Assembly (NCBI GenBank): GCA_050952625.1
Contig: JBMNLH010000001.1
Span: 1,088,001 to 1,152,000 of the forward strand
Source: Bacillota bacterium
GTDB lineage: Bacteria; Bacillota; Ch66; Ch109
DNA length: 64,000 nucleotides
Reading direction: 5' to 3'
Positions 20,932 through 32,385 of this stretch are shown in pieces; position 1 is the first letter of the stretch; every line of letters begins with the position of its first letter. The notes below the pieces were generated by a model. The model saw only the letters and a program-made list of their open reading frames with translations, was not told the DNA's origin and searched no databases. A program made the translations under genes and the position numbers.

Positions 20932-23118
20932 TTGGGTAAAACTTTAATTATTACTGAGAAACCCTCCGTTGCCCGGGACATTTCTCGGTGCCTGGGGGGC
21001 TTTTCGTCAAAGCAAGGGTATTATGAATCGGATACTTTTTTGCTCTCCTGGTCATATGGTCACCTGGTCGAGATCGCTGCCCCGGAAATAGAGGGCGGCA
21101 AGTGGACACCAGAGCAACTCCCCCTATTTCCCCAGTTCATCCTGCGGGTGATGGAGCGGGGGCAGGAACAGTTTGCCGTGTCTAAAAGGCCTGATGCACC
21201 AAGCGGAATCCTTGAGTCAACGCCTGTGATGCCGGGCGCGAGGGAGAACTTATTTTTCGGTATCTCTGCCTGGCGGCGGGCTGCCAGAAACCGGTTCAGC
21301 GGCTTTGGATTTCCAGCCTGACCGCGGAATCTATTCGCGCCGGTTTCCAAAATTTATTGAACGGCAAGGACTTTGACAATCTGTACCTGGCTGGGAAATC
21401 CCGCAACGAGGCGGACTGGGTAGTGGGGATTAACGCCACCCGAACTTTTACCATCGTGCAACGAACCCTATTCAGTGTGGGTCGGGTCCAGACACCCACC
21501 TTGGCTTTGTTGGTCCAGAGAGAAAAAGAGATTCGAAATTTTAAGGCCCAGAGCTACTGGGTTGCCCGAGCGGTCTTTGAGAGTAAGCCGGGGCCGGTTC
21601 CGGTCAAGTATATCGGGGGCGAAGAGGGTAAGATCTTAGTCGAAGCAGCAGCAAAAGGGCTTCGGGAGCAGGTGGCCGGCAAACCGGCCGTGGTCGTATC
21701 GAGTTTGAGGACAAAGAAACCGTGGAGCCCCCCGGCCTTGCCCTTTGATCTGACCGCCTTGCAGCAGGAGGGCAACGAACGCTGGGGCTGGACCGCCTCC
21801 CATACCCTGGAAGTGGCTCAGAGTTTATACGAGAAGCGAAAGCTGATCACCTATCCCCGAACCTCCAGCCGCTATGTGACACCGGACTTGGCCAAAACCT
21901 TTAGCCGGCGCTTGCAGGCGATTGGCTGTATGCCAGCGTTTAGCCAGCTAGTGCAAGGCCTGCCTGGCTTTCCCCCGTTTTGCATCACTGCCGCCAACCA
22001 ACCGCAACATTATTAATGAACAAAAGGTCACGGATCATCATGCGATCCTGCCGACGGAATCAATCCCTCCCCCTGGTTTGTCAGGAGACGAAGGCCAGCT
22101 TTATCGATTGGTCGCCAGTTCTTTTTTGGCCTTATTTCTTGCGCCGGCTCGCTGGGCCGAACGTTCGCTAGTGGTCGAGTGTGCCGGCCATCCCTTTGCT
22201 GCTAAGTCTCGACAATTAGAGGAGCCGGGTTGGAAGTCGCTGCATTTGTTTAGTAATAAGACGATTAAGGGCTCAGTCGCCAGCGGCTCGGGAGCAACAG
22301 TTGCTGTCTCAGATACCGTTGATGCGGCCTCGGTTAAGGCTGGTATTCAGGACCCGACTGAAGAGGAAGACCCCGTAGTCTTAATTCCCCAGCTTCTAGT
22401 CGGAGATGCTGGAGTAATCGATCAGGTTGAGTTACGGCAGGAAAAAACCAAACCACCGCGGCGTTATTCTGAATCAGCCTTGCTTTCCGCGATGAAGAAC
22501 GCTGGCCGCCGAGTCGAGGACCCAGAGCTTCCCGGGGGTGATGTGGGGCTGGGCACACCGGCAACCCGGGCGGCGATTGTCGAGCGATTGAAACAAGTTG
22601 GGTATGTTGAGGTTAAAGGCAAGACTTTATATCCGACCCATAAGGGGATGACCCTGTTGGATGTCCTCAATGTGCCAGAGCTGAAAGTGCCGGACCTGAC
22701 CGTGAAGTGGGAGAATGATTTGCGGGAGATTGAAGCCGGCCAAAAGGAGACCCAGGAGTTTTTAACGGAGATTAAAAGTTTTACCCGGCGTCTGGTGGCC
22801 GAGGGGCTTAAGGCGAGCCGGCGAGCGACCTTGCGGCCAGGTGAAGAGTCTTTAGGCAACTGCCCGCTTTGTGGTCAGCCGGTTAGGGAATTGCCGAAGA
22901 GTTACACCTGCCTGGGTAGCCCAGATAGCTGCCGTTTTGTGATTTGGAAAGTGATTTGGGGTAAACAAATAACCCCAGCGCAGGCTAAAAGGATCTTGAA
23001 AAAAGGTGAAAGCATGATCCTCAAGGGATTTGTTAACCGGCCTGGCGAAACCTTTGCTGGTAAACTAAAAATTAATCCCGAGGGAAGGATTATGGTGGAA
23101 CGGGTTAAACAGGAGTAG
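20932..23118 (+). CDS. topB: DNA topoisomerase III, split by frameshifts
   Basis: LIITEKPSVA, GRVQTPTL, ITYPRT, GLGTPATRA, C-terminal CPLCG zinc ribbon across three ORFs. Confidence 0.88.
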
Positions 23119-23274
23119 ATTGATTTCCTGTGAAATACTTCTAAACGGAGTTATTTAGCTATAAAGAAAACTATTATAACGAGCAATAACCACAAACTAT
23201 ATCAGAATGATTGGAAGTATATCTGTACATCGACCTCAGTGTGTAAGTGGTGTAAAGAGTAGCTCATAAAGTAC

Positions 23275-23304
23275 TTGACTCCTGATTTAACTAAGAGTTA
23301 AAAT
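23275..23304 (+). promoter_or_regulatory. Putative SigA promoter of the trp leader
   Basis: TTGACT-N18-TAAAAT. Confidence 0.5.
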
Positions 23305-23384
23305 GAGTTTAGATTAGCTGAGAATTTAATTAACGTAGACCGGGATTTAACAGAATTAATTTAATACTTTTAGTTGACAGTTAA

Positions 23385-23495
23385 GAGCTTAGTTGAGCAT
23401 GATGAGGATAGGAACCCCTATTTGGGGGTGGAGGAGAGACGAGCCGAGAAGTGAGCGTAGTTTTGCGTTCAGACTTGCGGGTCTGGCGCTTTTTT
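23385..23495 (+). promoter_or_regulatory. TRAP-type attenuator leader of trpBA
   Basis: 11 (G/T)AG triplets mostly 2 nt apart (23385-23460); antiterminator stem overlaps the terminator at 23465-23495. Confidence 0.75.
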
Positions 23496-23522
23496 ATTTG
23501 TAGAGAGGAGATGAACTGAGAC

Positions 23523-24720
23523 ATGACTTATCCAGATAAGCGAGGCCGTTATGGTCAATTTGGGGGCCGGTTTGTCCCCGAGACCCTGATGAATGCGGTC
23601 CAAGAATTAGAAAACGAGTACCAGCGGGCCAAGGAAGACCCCGAATTTATTGAGGAATTCAGACGCTATCTGGTTCAATATGCCGGGCGGCCCTCTAATT
23701 TATACCTCGCCCAAAATTTAACCCGGTACTTAGGTGGGCCGAAGATCTATTTAAAACGGGAAGACCTAAACCATACCGGTTCACACAAAATCAATAATGC
23801 CCTGGGTCAGGCCTTATTGGCAGTTAGAATGGGTAAAACTAGGGTGATCGCCGAAACCGGGGCCGGTCAGCACGGGGTAGCCACGGCCACGGTCGCCGCA
23901 CGATTTGGCCTCTCCTGCGTTGTTTACATGGGCGAGGAAGATATAACCCGGCAGTCACTGAATGTGTTTCGCATGCGGCTGCTTGGCGCGGAGGTCCGCT
24001 CGGTTAACCAGTGGCTCCCGGACCTTAAAAGATGCCACCAATGAGGCGATGCGCGATTGGGTGGCCTCAGTTAAGGATACCCATTACATCATTGGTTTCG
24101 GTAGTTGGACCTCATCCATACCCCATGCTGGTCCGTGACTTTCAGCGGGTGATTGGGGATGAAACGCGGGAACAGATCCTGGCAATCGAGGGACGCCTGC
24201 CGGATTATTTGATCGCCTGTGTCGGTGGGGGCAGTAACGCAATGGGTATCTTTTATCCCTTCCTGGAAGAGCCGTCGGTCTCCTTGGTTGGAGTTGAAGC
24301 GGCCGGGGACGGAGTAGAAACTGGTCGTCACGCCGCTTCTTTAGGTCAGGGCTCCCTGGGTGTTTTGCATGGTTCCTTAAGCTATTTACTTCAGGATAAT
24401 GATGGGCAGATTCTGGAGGGCCCTACTCGGTTTCCGCCGGACTAGATTACCCCGGGGTCGGACCAGAACATAGTTATTTAAAAGACCGGGGACGAGCCGC
24501 TTATGAGTCAGTTACGGACCAGGAGGCCTTAGCCGCCTTTGCTCTTCTCTCCCAAGTCGAGGGGATTATTCCCGCTCTGGAAAGTTCTCATGCCTTGGCC
24601 TGGGTTATCCGTAATGCGGCTCGATTCAAGAAGGACCAGATTGTCATTATTAATCTTTCTGGTCGGGGAGATAAAGATGTCGAACAGGTAGCGACCTTGA
24701 TAGGGGGGGGAAGCCAATGA
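23523..24720 (+). CDS. trpB: Tryptophan synthase beta chain, frameshifted (likely errors)
   Basis: [49 protein letters not shown]. Confidence 0.93.
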
Positions 24721-25667
24721 GAAGTAAGCAGACCTTTGCCAAACTTAGAGATCAGCGGCAGGCTGGCCTGATTGCTTACCTGATGGCTGGTGATCCGGAC
24801 TTAACAGTTACGGAACAATTAGTCGAGGGTTTAGTTCATGCCGGGGTTGATCTGGTTGAGTTGGGAGTTCCTTTTTCCGATCCAGTGGCTGATGGAGCGG
24901 TGATCCAGAGGGCCGGCCAAAGGGCTTTACAGAATGGCACAAACCTCGAACGGATCCTGGAGTCAGTCAGTTCGTCGGTTACGGGGAGCGGGGGATGACC
25001 GTGCCCTTGCTGCTAATGACCTACTATAACCCAATTTTTCACCGTGGACTAAGGAAGGGCCGCCGAATCGATTGCCAGAGCTGGCGTGGATGGACTGATT
25101 GTGCCGGATCTTCCCTTTGAGGAAAGTGAAGAACTAAACCAGTTACTTGGGGAGAAAGGATTGTCGCTGGTTCATCTGCTGGCTCCAACCAGTGGGGAAC
25201 AACGGATAAAGATGGTGACCGAAAAGGCGAAAGGGTTTATTTACTGCGTTTCTCTCACTGGGGTCACTGGGGAGAGAACGACCCTGCCAAACGAACTGCC
25301 TCAGTTTATCCAAAAAGTTAAAGCGCAGACAGATCAACCGTTGGCGGTCGGTTTTGGTTTGTCCAAACCAGAACAAATGCCCTTAATCGCTTCAATCGCG
25401 GATGCGGCTGTCGTTGGCAGTGCCTTTGTTTCTTTAGTCGAGCAGCACCCAGCCGATCCAGTAACCCCAGTGGTCGGATTGGCTCAGACCTTGAAAGAAG
25501 CTCTTGTTCGTGGGACCCCTGAAAGCGATCGGGATTTAAACAAGAACTGTGTGTTTAAACATTCTGCTTATTTTATAAGCAGAAGGGTGTTTATTTATCT
25601 GTTTTTATGGGGACTGAAATATAACTCCGATCGGATTGCCTCGTCCGAGGTAAATATCTTCTTGTAA
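24717..25667 (+). CDS. trpA: Tryptophan synthase alpha chain, frameshifted; true end uncertain
   Basis: [37 protein letters not shown]. Confidence 0.9.
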
Positions 25668-26411
25668 GAAAGTCCAACTAAAATCAAGCATCCAATGGCC
25701 ACGGCCGCGGCGATCATTAGCATGACCACAATTTGGTATCGGACTGCTTGCTTTGGATCAACTCCTCCAAGAATTTGTCCAGTCATCATCCCAGGCAGGC
25801 TGACCAATCCTACCACCATTAGCGAATTAATGGTGGGGGTCATGCCAGCGCGGATGGCCTCTTTAACACAATCCCGGATCGCCTCCCAGGGAGTGGCCCC
25901 CAAAACTGAGCAGGGCTTCAACCTCGTTGATCCGGGATCTTACCTCGCGATCAAGTCGATCTAAAGCGAGCGAAATAGCGTTCATTGAATTGCCGAGTAT
26001 CATTCCAAAGATAGGAATAACAATCTGAGCGGAATAAAATGGCTGGGGTGAAATGATTAAGACCACCACAATACTCCCGATAAAAAAAGTACTAACCCAT
26101 AAGGAAATAAAACTTAAAACATTTGAATAGTAGGGAACTTGAGCAACTCTTTTGCCTGCTGTTTGGGCAGCGATTAGGCACATCAAGGAAACAATTAAAA
26201 CGATTAAGCCCGGATTATTCAACTGAAAAACATAACTCAGGACATACCCGATCAATGATAACTGAACAAAGGTCCTGACGGTCCCCCAGAGGAGTGATTT
26301 AAGCAGCCCCAGCCGGAGGAAGGTGGAAATTAGACCAGGAATTAGAATCAAGCCGATGGCTAAAGTTAGTTGCAAATTATTAATTGGAATTTGCCCGCTA
26401 TTGATATCCAT
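25595..26411 (-). CDS. fetB: FetB/YbbM-like ABC permease, one frameshift
   Basis: RTFVQLSLIG, GMILGNSMN, GLVSLPGMMTGQILGG, AVRYQIVV. Confidence 0.8.
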
Positions 26412-26418
26412 GATTTTT

Positions 26419-27072
26419 CTAGCTCCTTGAATCGGATAAATATAGTATGTTAAGGTGGTTAAACCCCTCTAAGTCATCATTGTGCGATACCAGAACAAGT
26501 CCGTGGTGGGGATTAGCCTGCAGCCATTCTTTAATGAAGGTTAAAGCTGTCTGTCTAGACCGAGCATCAAGAGCCGCTGTTGGTTCATCAAGGAGGAGAA
26601 TCGTGGGATTAAAAAGAACGGCCCGTAAGAGAGCCATTCGGGCACATTCACCCCCGGATAAGGTTCGGACATCCTGATCCAACATTTCCGAAGTTAAGAG
26701 CAATTGATCCATCCCTTGTTTCACAGTGGTCAGGGGAAACGATCTATATTTCTTCAACCACCCAAGTTGAAACGGTATTTTTAGGTTTTCCAGAAAAGTT
26801 CCCTGGAAAAGCACCGGCCTTTGGGCGACATAATGAATTTGTCTGCGCCATAGAGCCGGCGATATCGCTTGCCAGTCTGTACCTTCAAGCCAGACCGTTC
26901 CTCCATTGCATCTTTGCAGACGGGCTAATATTTTTAATAAGGTAGTTTTACCAGAGCCGGAAGGCCCTTGAATAGCCAGGACCGAACCCGGCGCAAGCTC
27001 CGCCGAGACTGGGAGCCGTCGAGGCTGATCACCAAACTGGTATTGAATATCGCAAAATTTGAAGAAAGACAA
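26419..27072 (-). CDS. fetA: FetA/YbbL-like ABC ATPase
   Basis: GPSGSGKT, LSGGE, LLLDEPT; paired with fetB. Confidence 0.75.
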   Translation of the reverse strand: MSFFKFCDIQYQFGDQPRRLPVSAELAPGSVLAIQGPSGSGKTTLLKILARLQRCNGGTVWLEGTDWQAISPALWRRQIHYVAQRPVLFQGTFLENLKIPFQLGWLKKYRSFPLTTVKQGMDQLLLTSEMLDQDVRTLSGGECARMALLRAVLFNPTILLLDEPTAALDARSRQTALTFIKEWLQANPHHGLVLVSHNDDLEGFNHLNILYLSDSRS

Positions 27073-27143
27073 AGCACTTCCCCCTATTTCCTTAAGACAT
27101 TCTTATTATAGCTCAACGGATACGATAGACTCTACTTATTGAT

Positions 27144-27320
27144 AAAAAGAATATATAAAGGGATCAAACTTTGATATCTAAATCATTATAAACTTAATAG
27201 ATAAGAACTATCCTTCAAGGTAACATTATCATAGAGTGAACTCGTTCAGCTTCGCTGAACATCGAGGCTTCAGATGGAGACTCTACTCCACCCAAAGTTT
27301 AAACAAAGTAACCCCCACTT
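27144..27320 (+). repeat. Left copy of 177-bp direct repeat flanking the IS-bounded element
   Basis: Same as 37145-37321 except one C/T; ends exactly at the IS left end. Confidence 0.92.
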
Positions 27321-28923
27321 CATTAGTGTTGCATTAACTTTTTAACAAAATACTAAGTTGTTCATTCATCATAGATGTTTAACGATTATACATGCGGATT
27401 ACCATAATATAACTGGTCCTATAAGAAAAAACTCCTTATAATAGAGATGTACAGGTAGTCCTGTCCATAATCTCTAAAATAAGGAGATCCGCTTATGGAC
27501 AAGGATACCAGAAAATCTGCATTTCGTGAATGCCTTAAGCCTATATTTGCATCTGGTTTTCAAAAACTACTTAAAAGCTGGGACATTGACAAATACACCA
27601 AAAAGCTGTTTGTTAATAACTTTATCCTTTTAATGCTTTACGCCCAGATTGATTGCCTTGACAGTTTGCGCCATACGAGTCAGATATTAAAGGATAGTGA
27701 GAAACTTCAGGAACTTATTGGATTAGGTTCTATAAGTGCGTCGCAGCTATCCAGAAAACTCAGAGAAATGTCGACCGAAGTTCTTGAGCAATTATTTACT
27801 GAACTCGTAAAAGAGCTGGAAGCAACAATTGGCCAAAAAAGCAACGAGTCATCGTCTTAAAAGGATTTTCTTGGTGGATGCCTCGGTGATTAGCCTTTGT
27901 CTCTCCAATCACCTTTGGGCAACCTACCGGAAAACTAAGGGTGGAGTTAAGCTTCATCTAAAACTAGCCTTTTATCCCGAAGTTGGGGTTTATCCTCATA
28001 CGGCAATCATCACAACCGCTAAAGGTAACGACCGGACTCAAATGGATAACTTGGTCGTTGAAGAATCTGGAGATGCGCTTTACGTTTTTGACCGAGGTTA
28101 CATTGATTACGAGAAGTTCGACAGCTATTGTGATAATAGCAACCAGATCCGGTTTGTCAGCCGTTTAAAATCAAATGCGGTCAAGGAGTTAATCCTAGAG
28201 CAAAAGATCCTGGTTGATAATGAATGGGCACTGGAGCGAATTGTTCGTCTAGGCACACTGGGAGTTAACCAAATGAAACATCCTCTACGGTTAATTGAAA
28301 CCCGGGATACTCAAGGAAATGCCGTCACGATTGTAACCAATGACTTTGAACTAACTGCCCAAGAAATCAGTGATATTTACCGGAACCGGTGGGCAGTTGA
28401 ACTATTTTTTAAATGGGTGAAGCAACATCTCAAGGTCAAAAAGTTTTATGGTAATAGCGAGAATGCCGTAAAGAATCAGATTTGGCTAGCACTCATATCC
28501 TTTTGTTTGATGACATTACTCCAATCAAAGGTAAAGTTCTCGGGAAAGCTCTTGGGTCTTCAACGTTCGCTACAATCCTGTGGATATGATTCTTTAGAAC
28601 TTTTCCTTGAAAAGCTGTTTAGACCACCAGCCCGTAAATCTAATGGAAGACGAAAGAATACATGGGAACAGGAATTCTGGCAGCTAAACGAACAAACATT
28701 GCTTTATGGGACTAGTATTCTAGATGAAACAACCTTAGATCTCATTTAACAAAATTAGGCAACGAAATGTGGTACAGGGCTATCTTTAATTGATCACTTG
28801 CTTTTAACATTTACGGGAAAAACTCCTGTTCAGAATATTCAATCTTCGTCTATTTAGCCCTATATATAAGCCAGTGTAAAATGCACTTAGAAGAAATGGG
28901 TTAAATTTTATGCATCACTAGTG
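27321..28923 (+). mobile_element. IS4-family insertion sequence, copy 1
   Basis: Imperfect terminal IRs CATTAGTGTTGCATTAACTTT / AAATTTTATGCATCACTAGTG; second copy at 35541-37144. Confidence 0.92.
27495..28749 (+). CDS. IS4-family DDE transposase (~417 aa), +1 frameshift in an A run near 27840
   Basis: LVDAS, VFDRGY and YRNRWAVELFFK (YREK-type) motifs. Confidence 0.9.
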
Positions 28924-29219
28924 ATATTACTTATATAATACATTTCTGTCAATCTCGAAAATACTTATCTAATAACCTAATCGACTTGTTATTTCTTCTC
29001 TAACAAACAAAAAAGCCCCTCCTATTGTTGGTTAAGAGATCCTCTCTAATTTTGGTAATATAGTATAATGTCAAAAGATACATAATTCATTAATTCTAAT
29101 TAACGTAAAGTCCGGCAGGTTCACACTGATGAATTCATTAAATAAAATAACCCGATAAGAGTTGCAATACTCTACCGGGTCACGGTGAATCACGCATTAA
29201 ATTCTAACTTAGAAAAACA

Positions 29220-29530
29220 TCAATTCAGCTCTTCCTTTAATTTCTGGATTTCTTATTTAGTAAGGCCGGTCGGTTATCTTGGCTATAAAGTCTTCGTCTG
29301 CCCCTTCGCGCAAGGCTGCTCTAGCTATCTCTCTTTCCCTTTCCTGTTTACCCTCATTTTTGCCTTCCCGTCTAGCCTGTTACTGCATCTCGTCCAGGGT
29401 CACTTCCAGGTTCAAGATCATCTGCACCACTTCCTGGGGGGTTACTTTCCTTCAAGATCCGTTCAACGTCCCTTTCCTGCTGCTTTGACACCCTTGGCAG
29501 CAGCACTATGTTTTGTTTCGGAAGCTTGGC
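29220..29530 (-). pseudogene. C-terminal remnant of an Rpn-family (PD-(D/E)XK) protein
   Basis: Reads MILNLEVTLDEMQ*QARREGKNEGKQEREREIARAALREGADEDFIAKIT(GL)TK*EIQKLKEELN; two nonsense codons and a 4-bp duplication. Confidence 0.65.
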
Positions 29531-29558
29531 AACTAGACAATAAGGCCAAAACAAATAT

Positions 29559-29964
29559 CTAATATTCCTTAAAATTCTTGATTAACAAAGTAAGATCAGA
29601 AATAAATTTGCAAGCATCTTCTATAGCTACTTGTGCCTCTTCGCGACTAACCAGATAAAAGTCATCATAATCACTTGCCTCTCTTAAATCTCTTGTCCTT
29701 TTTAGGATTTTACCATGGTCTTTCGGTAGTATATTTGTTTTAACAAATTGTTGATTAAACAGGCTAATAATGCCAGAATGTTTTCGTGAGTCAAGCCTTT
29801 TTAATGCCAGTGCTGCGCGGGGCCGCCTGAAAAATGGCATAATAAGCTCGGGATACAGTATCTGCATACATCCTGCGCTCAAATAATATTTGTGCAGCAT
29901 TTAGACGTTCTTCAGCTACTTTAAGTCGATACAAAGCCAGATCTTTGACAGTTATATCGTCCAA
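29559..29964 (-). CDS. HEPN domain protein (one frameshift near 29820)
   Basis: Corrected frame: LALYRL..SRAYYAIFQAARA..KHSGIISLF..REASDY. Confidence 0.8.
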
Positions 29965-30308
29965 AGATTTTCCCCTTCCTTTATAACATTCATTACAAAA
30001 GGTGCTTTTATTGAAGCAAGCTGATTAAATCGATCATTATCATATATGTTCAAAGAAATATCAATACCATATTCTAATTCTACATCAATAATAAAATCGT
30101 AAATTTTATCACGATCAATTCTCTTTTTGTCTTGCACCAGGATAAGGACATCCATGTCAGAATCTGGCCGATTATCGCCTCGCGCTTTTGAACCATAGAG
30201 GATTACTTTGATTATTTCATTATTGGCTACTTGATTTAGGTATTCCACGAACTGGTTTAAAACTTTTTGTTCAGTTGTTGTAAGTGATGACATGAAGTGT
30301 TTCACCAC
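29952..30308 (-). CDS. Minimal nucleotidyltransferase (MNT), partner of the HEPN gene
   Basis: LYGSKARGD..DSDMDVLI. Confidence 0.88.
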   Translation of the reverse strand: MVKHFMSSLTTTEQKVLNQFVEYLNQVANNEIIKVILYGSKARGDNRPDSDMDVLILVQDKKRIDRDKIYDFIIDVELEYGIDISLNIYDNDRFNQLASIKAPFVMNVIKEGENLWTI

Positions 30309-30406
30309 CTAAACATATAATTTGGGTTTAGTTTTATAGCAATTCACTAATATATTCATTGTATAATAGTTTTTGCTGATTTACAAGATTTGGCTCTCTA
30401 AACAAA

Positions 30407-30441
30407 AGAAGAAATGGGTTAAATTTTATGCATCACTAGTG
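30407..30441 (+). mobile_element. Solo 35-bp right end of the same IS
   Basis: AGAAGAAATGGGTTAAATTTTATGCATCACTAGTG identical to the last 35 bp of both IS copies. Confidence 0.9.
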
Positions 30442-30641
30442 ATTTTTCCTAAAGAAAAGCCTATATCTAAAACAATATAATAAAGGGTGAATACAAGGGC
30501 ACCAAATATGATGGTTTTCCCTAGAGTCAAACTTTTCGTTTTACTATCATCATTTGCAAAACGCACAAAAATATATCCTGGGACCACGATAAGCATTAAA
30601 AATAAGACCACTTGTAAAGAAAAACTCATCATCTGCCCCAC
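30426..30641 (-). CDS. Small two-TM membrane protein, 3' end supplied by the IS end
   Basis: Two hydrophobic segments; last codons lie in the solo IS end. Confidence 0.45.
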   Translation of the reverse strand: MGQMMSFSLQVVLFLMLIVVPGYIFVRFANDDSKTKSLTLGKTIIFGALVFTLYYIVLDIGFSLGKITSDA

Positions 30642-30841
30642 CCTTCAAAGTCAAACTCCTTATCTTTTATCTCTTTCCCTGTAATGGTCCGTTCTTCCTT
30701 CCTCTCTTTCCAAATTGTTCTTATACCATTTTCAATAATCACAGCGATAACTGTCCCAATATAAAGAAGAAATAACACTATTATTAGCATCCCAATCGAC
30801 TCCATTGTTTTAAACAAAGCTAAATCCCAGCCATAATTCAT
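30629..30841 (-). CDS. Small single-TM hypothetical protein
   Basis: Hydrophobic helix and charged tail; overlaps the next ORF. Confidence 0.45.
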   Translation of the reverse strand: MNYGWDLALFKTMESIGMLIIVLFLLYIGTVIAVIIENGIRTIWKERKEERTITGKEIKDKEFDFEGWGR

Positions 30842-31137
30842 TACCCAATCCCCGACAATAAAACCAAAAACAAGAAACGGGGCTATAAAATAAATAAAGC
30901 CGGCCGGGGTGATAACTACGCAAACGATACCTTAATCGTCGAAAATCCCTGTACGGATATTTCGGTAGTTAGTCCGTATTCCAATCCTAATGGCTCCCTG
31001 TCAATTAACCGGGAGCCATGTTGTTTAATGAAAGAGGTGAGAGATTGTGAAAATAGCGGGTCTGGGCAGGTTTCGAATAAAGATAAATGGAATAGCCGTA
31101 AAATGCTTATAACATTCTTTATCCCCAGCTAGTAACG

Positions 31138-32370
31138 CTAGAAATATGGATGGTACCGATTATACCCTGAACCAGTCAATGTTACATTAACCTGTACCGG
31201 TCCAGCGATATTAGAATTAAGCGGCTTAAAGGTCGTGGCTCGTTGCAATTCAAAACCACCGTCTGGTGTGGGGGCTTGGTATGCCGCAAATTCCAAAGGC
31301 TTACCGGTTGCCCCATTAAAGGCACATACCCGTCCGTCCTGGTCGCCGATCAGGACCGCTCCGGCTTTCTGCCAGACCAAGGGGGAGTTGGCTCCCATAG
31401 CTTGAAGTTTAGTTGACCATTCGGTAACTCCGGTTTCTTTGTTCAATCTAACCAGAAGTCCTTTCCCGCCGTAGTTGCGGATCGAGAAAAAGACGCCGGT
31501 GGAAGAAATGGCCGGAGAATCGTTGATGAAATTACCGCGAAAATCGGTGTTCTCCCAGATCAGGTCGCCGTTGGTGCTGTTAACGCAGTAAAAACTCCCG
31601 TTCTTATCGGAGAAGAAAATTCGGTTGCCATCGACCGTGATCGAGGCAGGAACGCCGGTTGGGGTTGGGTCTGCCCAAATTTTTTCAAGAATCGGGTTGC
31701 CCTCTGCATCGGTTCTCACTTGGTAGGCTGAAACCCGGCAATTCGTGTCAAAACCAATAACAAAGCTATTCGGTCCTAACTTGCCGGCTGAAGAAGAAAT
31801 TCGGCCGGTTCCTTCTTTAAAAGATCGTTTCGTCCCTTCATCGACACTAAGCCCTCGAACAACATGAATATTGCCGTCAGCGGTTGCAACGATTACAGTG
31901 TCATTTTCCAATACCAAGGGGGCGGTGACTATTTCGTCAGACAAAGGAACCTTAAAGGCATCTCCGGTGGCGGGATTATAATATGCTAGAAAGTAAGTGC
32001 CATCGGTATCGGCCCCGGTACCATAATATACACCCCGGCCATCCCAGGTAGGGTCACTATGGGAAGGCTCATCACTGGCCCGTATAGAATTTAAAACTAT
32101 CGCTTCCCCTTCAGCCTTGGCATCTAACGTCCAGAGCTTGTTTCCGCCCAAATGATAAATTATATCGCCAATTAGCAGAGGTTGCCTCATGCTCCTTCCA
32201 GTGCTGTGCATCCAATTCAACTGCACCGGCGGACCGATGGGATCAGTCGCTAGCCGATGGCGGTACGGACTGCCGCCGAATTCAGTCCAATCAGAAGCGA
32301 ATGTAATTTGTGGAAAAATAAAGACGATGCACAAAAGCACCGCCAAAACCCGGCTTAATTTTGTTTTCAC
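31138..32370 (-). CDS. Secreted PQQ-like beta-propeller repeat protein (possibly 3'-truncated)
   Basis: Signal peptide, DWTEFGG start, repeated G-x-x-x-W blade motifs. Confidence 0.75.
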   Translation of the reverse strand: MKTKLSRVLAVLLCIVFIFPQITFASDWTEFGGSPYRHRLATDPIGPPVQLNWMHSTGRSMRQPLLIGDIIYHLGGNKLWTLDAKAEGEAIVLNSIRASDEPSHSDPTWDGRGVYYGTGADTDGTYFLAYYNPATGDAFKVPLSDEIVTAPLVLENDTVIVATADGNIHVVRGLSVDEGTKRSFKEGTGRISSSAGKLGPNSFVIGFDTNCRVSAYQVRTDAEGNPILEKIWADPTPTGVPASITVDGNRIFFSDKNGSFYCVNSTNGDLIWENTDFRGNFINDSPAISSTGVFFSIRNYGGKGLLVRLNKETGVTEWSTKLQAMGANSPLVWQKAGAVLIGDQDGRVCAFNGATGKPLEFAAYQAPTPDGGFELQRATTFKPLNSNIAGPVQVNVTLTGSGYNRYHPYF

Positions 32371-32385
32371 TGGCTCTTCCTCCCT

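Noticed and set aside
23340-23500. T-box riboswitch upstream of trpB
   Set aside because: No GGTGGNACCGCG T-box motif or specifier stem seen; the triplet array fits TRAP instead.
19499-26411. Run of frameshifted genes (C_GCAxxG_C_C protein, hydrolase, topB, trpB, trpA, fetB) as programmed frameshifting or mass pseudogenisation
   Set aside because: The breaks I traced are small indels, often at short homopolymers, in otherwise well-conserved proteins; low-coverage long-read error is the simpler explanation.
27829-27860. Programmed frameshift in the transposase at the A6 run
   Set aside because: Copy 2 reads through this site in frame and breaks elsewhere, so the shift is not conserved.
29185-29562. 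Plus-strand 125-aa ORF and the many other antisense ORFs in the track
   Set aside because: They are shadows of recognisable genes or remnants on the opposite strand and lack motifs.
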